NCBI GenBank assembly: GCA_043806595.1
Contig: JAZDGU010000025.1
Location: 1-12,091 of the forward strand
Source of the DNA: Candidatus Micrarchaeota archaeon
GTDB lineage: Archaea; Micrarchaeota; Micrarchaeia; Norongarragalinales; SBBD01
Direction: 5' to 3'
Length of the DNA: 12,091 nt
Positions 6,800 through 12,091 of this stretch are shown in pieces. How positions within the stretch are numbered: position 1 is the stretch's first letter; each line of letters starts with the position of its first letter. Under the pieces are notes generated by a model that had not been told where the DNA came from, searched no databases, and saw only the letters and a list, made by a program, of their open reading frames with translations. The position numbers and the translations under genes are program-made.

Positions 6800-7612
6800 T
6801 CAGCGGGGGATCGCCGGCCTCCTGCCGGCGAGCCTGCGCAGGAACGCGTTGATGCGGCCGAAGATGCCCGCGTGGATCGTCGGGTGGATGGCTATGCCGG
6901 TGAGGGTGACCACCGCCGCGTATATCCTTGTCGCCGCGGGAGACGACGGGTTGTAGAGCACGATGGGCGTGCGCGCGGCTATGCTCTCGGGGACGTTGCG
7001 GTCCTCGGGCACGTTGGCGAGCACCGGGATCTCGGTCATGCCCTCGATTTCCTTGTTCTGGAGCTCGTACGCGGAGTCGGTGACGCGGTTTACCAGTATT
7101 CCCGTGACCTTCTTGCCGACGTCCTTGCAGAGGTCGGCCATCTTCGCCGCGGAGGTGACGCTCGGGATGTCGGGCGTGGTGACGATGATGAGGTCGTCGC
7201 AGGCGTCGATGATGTGCTCGACGTCCTCGGTGATGCCCGGCGGCGCGTCGATCACGATGTAGTCGTATTCGTCCATGCCCTGGAGCAGCTTCTTGAGCTT
7301 CTTGAGCCCTATGCCCGGCCGGTATTTCAGCGAGGCTGGCAGGATGCGGACGCCGGTCTGCGGCTGGACGACGACTGCCTCGCCGATCTTGTTCTTGCCC
7401 ATCAGCACCTCCTGTATGCCGACGTTGCCGTAGGAGAGGCCGAGGTGCAGCCCGACGCTGGGGTTGCTCAGGTCGCAGTCGACGATGAGCGGGTTCTTGC
7501 CCATGCGCTTGAGGAGGGTCGTGATGTTGACCGAGAGGAAGCTCTTGCCGACTCCGCCCTTGCCCGACACTACGCCTACAATGCGGTTCGCGCGGGCTTT
7601 CTTTGCGCGCAT
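6800..7612 (-). CDS. minD: MinD/ParA family ATPase
   Basis: Deviant Walker A GKGGVGKS, IVDCD, YDYIVIDAPPG, VTTPD, GILVNR, VPED, and a C-terminal amphipathic helix GIFGRINAFLRRL (membrane-targeting type). Confidence 0.9.
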   Translation of the reverse strand: MRAKKARANRIVGVVSGKGGVGKSFLSVNITTLLKRMGKNPLIVDCDLSNPSVGLHLGLSYGNVGIQEVLMGKNKIGEAVVVQPQTGVRILPASLKYRPGIGLKKLKKLLQGMDEYDYIVIDAPPGITEDVEHIIDACDDLIIVTTPDIPSVTSAAKMADLCKDVGKKVTGILVNRVTDSAYELQNKEIEGMTEIPVLANVPEDRNVPESIAARTPIVLYNPSSPAATRIYAAVVTLTGIAIHPTIHAGIFGRINAFLRRLAGRRPAIPR

Positions 7613-7701
7613 TGGTTTGACCCCGTTTCATTACGCGGGCGGCTTTTAATTCTATTGTTAAACGGGCAGCGGCGGCGTTCCCCCCCCGGGATGCGGGGAA
7701 A

Positions 7702-9432
7702 TCACTTCTCCATGAGCTCCTTTATCTCCCCGAGGTAGGTGTCCCTGCCGGAGCGGTAGCGGAGGGCCTCGCGCGCCCTCGCCTTGCGCGCCTTCGACGA
7801 ATAGTATACTGCTGCGGCGGCCACGAGCGCGGCGGCCCCGAAGAGCACGATGGGCAGGGGGACGAGGTTGAGCAGGCCCGCCGCCTCGATCTGCTCGCGC
7901 CCGCGGACGTGCAGCGACGCGCTCTTCGAGAGTATGCCCGCGGACGAGATTATGCGGAAGTTGACGAGGTGCGTGCCGGCGGAGCCCTTGGGCGGCCGCA
8001 CGGTGAACCTTATGCGCGTCAGCGCGCGCGGGGTCAGCGTCTCGAAGGCGTTCCTCGGCTCGACGCTGAAGTCGAGCGGGGCCTCCAGCAGGGCGCGCAC
8101 GTCCGACTGCGCTATGCCGCCGTAGAACACGTCCACGTAGACCTCTCCGAACCTGCCTTCCTCCAGCTCGGGCGCGAAAATCTGCTTTATGTCGATGAGG
8201 TCGGTGACCGTGGTCTCCCTTTCGGGCACCTCGATCTGCGTTCCCGCCCAGTAGACGTACTGCGAGTATTCCTCCAGCACTATGGGCACGGAATAGGTCG
8301 CGTACCCTATCTCGTTGGGTGCGAGCTGGAGGAATTTCCATGACAGCCTCAACGGCTGGCCTTTGGCGACCTCGCCGGGCTTGTCGAGGAACCGTATGTC
8401 CTCGGGACGGGCGATGATGCCTTCGGGCAGCTCGTCTCTGATTTCGACGACGGGAATGGGGGCGCCGCCGAGGTTGCGGACGTGCAGCGCGACGATAGTG
8501 TCCCGGGAGAGCCTGTCCAGCCTTACCGAGCGCAGGAGCACTGGGTACGGGTATGACGGCGGGTAGTCCTTGACGCGAACGACCATGTACTCCGTGGAGA
8601 ACTCCTTCTCGCCGACCTGTATCTTGAGTAGGTAGTCGCCCGGGGTGGCGTACGTCGGCACGGTCAGGCCCAGGTTTATCACCCTCTCCTCGTGGGGTTT
8701 CATCAGGGTTTCGGCGGGCTGGAAGGAAATCCAGCTCTCCCCCGCTCCAGTGACGATTATCCTGACGTTCCTGTCCTGCTCGGCGTCGTTCTTGATTGTG
8801 AATGACTCGAACGCGCTCGTGCCGGCGAGCACCTCGGAGAGCACGGTACTGCGGAGGAACCTTATGTCCTTGTAGACCGGCTTGATGACGTCGGGCAGGG
8901 TAGTCGGCGCCTGCGGCGTGGCGTTCTCCGAGGGCGGCACGCCCGTGACGTACCCGCCCGAGCTTCCCGAGGGCGCGGGCGGCGTGACCGGGAGGTTGAT
9001 TATCGTGAAGCACTTGACGTACGTGTTGCTCATGTTGAAGCCGTCGCCGTAGTGCGCCGCGACGTGCGCGCAGTAGGCGCCTGCCGGCAGCGCGCCCGCG
9101 CTCCATGCCTTGACGAGCACGAGGTTGGTGTTCGGGGAGATTATCGCGGGCGAGTAGTTGAAGGCGTCGACCCTCTGCGGCACGGAGTCGTAGATTTCCA
9201 CGGCGACGGTGACGCTGGACTGCACCGTGCCGTTGTTGTAGAGCGTCGTCGCGACGTCTGCCGAGCCCCCGACGTATATCGCGCCCGGGGTGAACGTCAC
9301 CTCGGTGATGTTCACTATGCTGAAGTTGGGGGCGCTGCTGATGAGGTATACCGCGTTCTGGGTGAACTCGGCCGAGGCTAGCCCCGAGAGGGAGGCAAGC
9401 AGGACGAAGGAGGCGAGGGCTTCATTCCTCAT
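7702..9432 (-). CDS. Secreted multi-Ig-like-domain protein with C-terminal membrane anchor (576 aa)
   Basis: Signal peptide ending ASA|EF; CARDB-like first domain; P/S/G linker; NEW3- and DUF11-like beta domains (TVPTYATPGDYLL; VRNLG...IRDELPEG); TM helix LVPLPIVLFGAAALVAAAAVYY followed by a basic tail. Domain names are from motif resemblance only. Confidence 0.85.
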   Translation of the reverse strand: MRNEALASFVLLASLSGLASAEFTQNAVYLISSAPNFSIVNITEVTFTPGAIYVGGSADVATTLYNNGTVQSSVTVAVEIYDSVPQRVDAFNYSPAIISPNTNLVLVKAWSAGALPAGAYCAHVAAHYGDGFNMSNTYVKCFTIINLPVTPPAPSGSSGGYVTGVPPSENATPQAPTTLPDVIKPVYKDIRFLRSTVLSEVLAGTSAFESFTIKNDAEQDRNVRIIVTGAGESWISFQPAETLMKPHEERVINLGLTVPTYATPGDYLLKIQVGEKEFSTEYMVVRVKDYPPSYPYPVLLRSVRLDRLSRDTIVALHVRNLGGAPIPVVEIRDELPEGIIARPEDIRFLDKPGEVAKGQPLRLSWKFLQLAPNEIGYATYSVPIVLEEYSQYVYWAGTQIEVPERETTVTDLIDIKQIFAPELEEGRFGEVYVDVFYGGIAQSDVRALLEAPLDFSVEPRNAFETLTPRALTRIRFTVRPPKGSAGTHLVNFRIISSAGILSKSASLHVRGREQIEAAGLLNLVPLPIVLFGAAALVAAAAVYYSSKARKARAREALRYRSGRDTYLGEIKELMEK

Positions 9433-10385
9433 TGTACCTCAATGAACATCGTGTACCACGGCTGGCCGATGCTTTGGCTGCCGCTGCTCACGTAGTTTAA
9501 CTTGTACTGCCAGAACCACTCGTCGCTCTTCTTCGGGTCGGGCGAGCCGACGTCGACTCCGAGCAGGTACTTGCCGGGCTTGGCGTCGGTTACCTTGACC
9601 TTCACCTTGATCTTCTGCGTCCAGTCCCTCTCGAACACCGGGAACGCCGGCTCCAGCAGGACGTCCTCGGGCGTGATGCCCGTGATCCTGAAGTATTTCT
9701 GGGTCTCGGCAGGGTCGACGGTCACGCTGCGCGTCCTGTCCGGGAACTCGTTCATCTTCAACGTCCCGCTGGAGGGGTACATCGGCTTCATCCCGAAGCC
9801 CTGGTAGGTCTGCACGAGCCACGAGGTGTACACGAAGAACGTGGCCTCGAACTCGTCGTTGCGCTTCGCAAGGACCACGACCTCGCTCGGGTACGTCCCG
9901 TAGCCGAACGCCGCCCAGCGGTCGCGCGGCGGGTACTGGTAGAGCTGGCAGCCCTGTTCGTCGAAGCCCGGATAGAACTCGGGCTGCTTCCAGTACTCCT
10001 CGCCGAAGTAGTTGATGTCCTGTATCTTGGCGAGCTCGAAGAGGAGCTTCATGGCGTAGAAGTCCTTCGGGAACGCCGGCATCTTCTGGAAGACTTCCGG
10101 CGGCAGGTCGCAGAACCTCCTGCTCTCCTGCTCCGGCGCCTGGTACTGCTTAAGTCTGGCCATCAGGTCGGGGTACTTGCTCCAGAAAGGCAAGGGCGTC
10201 GCCTCCGGAGTCGCTGCCGTGATTATTGCCGTCGGAACTGCAGTCGGCGCCGGCGCCTGCGGCGCAAGCGCGTCCATTACCGGCTGCCAGAATATCACCG
10301 CGAGCACGATTACGATGACGGCGCCTGCGAGCATGCCCTTGTCGTATTTGAGCTTCCTGCCTGCAGACTTTTTTTCCCTTGCCAT
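9429..10385 (-). CDS. Type II membrane protein of unknown function (318 aa)
   Basis: Basic N-terminus, TM helix MLAGAVIVIVLAVIFW, P/A/T linker, aromatic-rich domain, and an Ig-like C-terminus (VKVTDAKPGKYLLGVDV). Strong G/C third-position bias; ATGA overlap with the next gene. Confidence 0.88.
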   Translation of the reverse strand: MAREKKSAGRKLKYDKGMLAGAVIVIVLAVIFWQPVMDALAPQAPAPTAVPTAIITAATPEATPLPFWSKYPDLMARLKQYQAPEQESRRFCDLPPEVFQKMPAFPKDFYAMKLLFELAKIQDINYFGEEYWKQPEFYPGFDEQGCQLYQYPPRDRWAAFGYGTYPSEVVVLAKRNDEFEATFFVYTSWLVQTYQGFGMKPMYPSSGTLKMNEFPDRTRSVTVDPAETQKYFRITGITPEDVLLEPAFPVFERDWTQKIKVKVKVTDAKPGKYLLGVDVGSPDPKKSDEWFWQYKLNYVSSGSQSIGQPWYTMFIEVQ

Positions 10386-10418
10386 GTGATAAACCCCCCT
10401 TCTGGCATGAAAGCGTAG

Positions 10419-10440
10419 AAATAAAAAAACGCCGGCGGCG
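10419..10440 (-). terminator. Putative terminator after the 202-aa gene
   Basis: Directly after TAG: CGCC-GCC-GGCG hairpin followed by TTTTTTTATTT. Confidence 0.65.
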
Positions 10441-11049
10441 CTAGCCGCTCGTGGTCTGCGTGCTGTTGTGCGCGAGCAGCCTCACGTTTATGCCTCCCTG
10501 CACGTTGGTGAAGTTGGCGTACAGCGAGACGTTCGCGTACTGGTTGCTGGAGATGTTCAGGTCCTGGAACGCGTTCGCCCAAAGCGAGTTGTTGACGTCG
10601 TAGAGTGCGGTGTGGTTGACCATGTTGTTGCCCGTGCCGCTCGCCGTGCTGTTGACGCCGACGACTATGCCGGTCGGCAGCGAGGCGTTGAACTTGAGCC
10701 ACATGCTGATGTTCGTCGTCCCCGTGTTCTTGTAGGCGAATATGGGCACCGCAGGGCCGGTCTGGCAGCCTCCGCCGAACGCCACGGTCAGGCAGGGCTG
10801 AACGTGCGTGCCGGAAATGGATCCCGCCGCAAGGGTGAAGTTGATGTCAGCTGTAGCGTCCGCGCTCCACGGTGCAGTCGTACCCGAGGCGTTGGTCTGC
10901 ACGGTATCAGGAAGGGTGATGGTGAAGCTGAGCCTGACGGGCACGTTGAAGTACACAGTGGTCTGCGCGAATTCGGCGTACGCGAAGCCGGCAAACGCGA
11001 CCAGCAATGCCGCGAACGTCGCGATTCCCAGCCAGCTTGTTCCCTTCAT
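10441..11049 (-). CDS. Secreted beta-rich protein, paralog 1 (candidate major filament subunit)
   Basis: Signal peptide ending AYA|EF, no other TM helix, C-x8-C pair, 11 N-x-S/T sequons; clear paralog of 11123-11725. Confidence 0.9.
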   Translation of the reverse strand: MKGTSWLGIATFAALLVAFAGFAYAEFAQTTVYFNVPVRLSFTITLPDTVQTNASGTTAPWSADATADINFTLAAGSISGTHVQPCLTVAFGGGCQTGPAVPIFAYKNTGTTNISMWLKFNASLPTGIVVGVNSTASGTGNNMVNHTALYDVNNSLWANAFQDLNISSNQYANVSLYANFTNVQGGINVRLLAHNSTQTTSG

Positions 11050-11093
11050 ATGCCATCAACCCCTTGCAATAGACTCACTCATTAACGTCGGTC

Positions 11094-11114
11094 GGTATAT
11101 AAATATATCCTTCT
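11094..11114 (-). promoter_or_regulatory. Consensus-like BRE-TATA promoter of paralog 1
   Basis: AGAAGG-ATATA-TTTATATA-CC on the - strand (TTTATATA at 11103-11096); SD-like GGGGTTGA before ATG 11049. Confidence 0.7.
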
Positions 11115-11122
11115 CCCAACCC

Positions 11123-11725
11123 CTAGCTCTGCGTGCTGTTGTGCGAGAGCAGCCTCGCCGAAAACCCGTTGACGTTCGAGAAGTTGGCGTACAGCGTGAC
11201 GTTCACGACCATGCCAGCGGAGATGTTGAGGTCCTCGAACACGGCGGCCCACTCGCTGTTGTTCACGTCGTAGAGGTCGGAATGGACGACGGCGTTGTTT
11301 CCGGTGCCGCTCTTCGTGCTGTTTATGCCGACGGTGACGCCAATTGGCAGCGTCGTGTTGAACATGATGTACATGCTGATGTTCACGGTGCCCGTGTTCT
11401 TGTAGGAGAATATTGGCACAGCCGGTCCCGTCTGGCAGGCCGAGCCCCACGCCGCGGTCAGGCACGGCTGCAGGTGCGTTTCCGTGCCGGTCAAGGACGA
11501 GAAGTTGAGGTCAGCCGTCGCGGGAGCGCCAGGCGGTGCCGTCGCGCCCGAGGCGTTGGCTTCCGTCGACTCGGGCAGGGTGACCGTGAAGGAAGTGCTG
11601 ATGGGCACGTTGAAGTAGACCGTCGTCTGGCCGAATTCGGCGGCGGAAAGCGCCGCGAGCGCGATGAAGGTAAGGACTACTGCCTTGAATTTCAGGCTTG
11701 CCTGCCCCTGCGCCAGTTTTCCCAT
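11123..11725 (-). CDS. Secreted beta-rich protein, paralog 2
   Basis: Signal peptide ending SAA|EF, C-x8-C pair, 10 sequons, roughly 60% identical to paralog 1 by eye. ATG 11725 is preferred (AAGGA upstream, TATA spacing); 11743 is the alternative. Confidence 0.9.
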   Translation of the reverse strand: MGKLAQGQASLKFKAVVLTFIALAALSAAEFGQTTVYFNVPISTSFTVTLPESTEANASGATAPPGAPATADLNFSSLTGTETHLQPCLTAAWGSACQTGPAVPIFSYKNTGTVNISMYIMFNTTLPIGVTVGINSTKSGTGNNAVVHSDLYDVNNSEWAAVFEDLNISAGMVVNVTLYANFSNVNGFSARLLSHNSTQS

Positions 11726-11758
11726 TATCCTTTCGGCCCCCATTCAATTATTTGGGGG

Positions 11759-11777
11759 GGTTAAAAACGGTTTGCCT
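11759..11777 (-). promoter_or_regulatory. BRE-TATA promoter of paralog 2
   Basis: AGGCAAACCG-TTTTTAACC on the - strand, nearly identical to the rpl15e promoter. Confidence 0.6.
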
Positions 11778-11928
11778 CGCGCGGGCTCTGTCCAATTTCC
11801 AAACGTTCTACGAGCAAAGCCGGCCAACAAAATCCATGCAAACGCTTATTTGGCCAACGCATTGCTGGCATAGCCGTAAACCCCCGCCAAAGACCGTCAT
11901 TATGCTTTCATGAGAGGAGCAAACATCC

Positions 11929-12091
11929 TCACGTGCTGTTCGTGGTGTTGTGCGTGAGCACGCGGACTTCCGTGGTCCCGCCGTATATGCCGCTGAAGTC
12001 CGCCCAGCACCACATCTCCTCCGTCAAGCCCACGGGAACCGAGGTGTTCGCCTGGTAGAAGCTCGTGGTAATGGTCGTGGCGCTGCCGGGG
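11929..12091 (-). CDS. 3' end of a third, more divergent paralog (partial, not in the ORF track)
   Basis: Frame from 12090 reads PGSATTITTSFYQANTSVPVGLTEEMWCWADFSGIYGGTTEVRVLTHNTTNST*, which aligns with LYANFTNVQGGINVRLLAHNSTQ of paralog 1. Confidence 0.8.
   Translation of the reverse strand, partial: PGSATTITTSFYQANTSVPVGLTEEMWCWADFSGIYGGTTEVRVLTHNTTNST

Noticed and set aside
7680..7701. CCCCG-CATC-CGGGG hairpin after the 576-aa gene
   Set aside because: No T tract follows, so it is too weak to call a terminator.
6453..9106. Same-strand alternative-frame ORFs 6453-7631 and 7658-9106
   Set aside because: R/G/P/H-rich translations typical of off-frame reading of GC-rich genes (minD and the 576-aa gene).
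11685..11715. GQASLKF in paralog 2 resembles the class III (type IV pilin) motif K/R-GQxSLEF
   Set aside because: The -2 residue is Q, Lys occupies +5 and +7, paralog 1 lacks the motif, and both share a class I-type A|EF site. Probably coincidental.
10441..11725. Nucleotide similarity between the paralogs as a diversity-generating retroelement TR/VR pair or CRISPR-like repeat
   Set aside because: Both are intact full-length genes, the differences are not adenine-specific by inspection, and there is no reverse transcriptase or cas gene in the window.
11780..11928. Intergenic GGCCAAC direct repeat, TTGGCCAA palindrome and small + strand ORFs
   Set aside because: Too short to exceed chance; no array, ncRNA fold or coding bias is evident.

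Overview
GC-rich archaeal genomic DNA. A DPANN lineage, possibly Micrarchaeota, is an inference from the shortened genes and intron-rich tRNAs. Bases 30-4759 (- strand) hold the conserved cluster tRNA-Ser(GGA)-rps13-rps4-rps11-rpoD-[DUF167 with two frameshifts]-tRNA-Leu(GAG)-rpl18e-rpl13-rps9-rpoN-tRNA-Pro(GGG). The three tRNAs carry five BHB-type introns at four positions: 21/22, 37/38 (twice), the variable-arm loop, and a 98-nt one at 59/60. The middle holds a hypothetical ORF, a Toprim protein, a half-length Rpp30, a C-terminally truncated eL15 and MinD. The most novel part is 7702-12091: three paralogous secreted, sequon-rich beta proteins (one cut by the window edge), a type II membrane protein, and a multi-Ig membrane-anchored protein whose mature N-terminus (A|EFxQxxVY) matches that of the two complete paralogs. 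This is a candidate uncharacterised donor-strand surface filament with its own membrane anchor. All calls were made by eye, without database searches.
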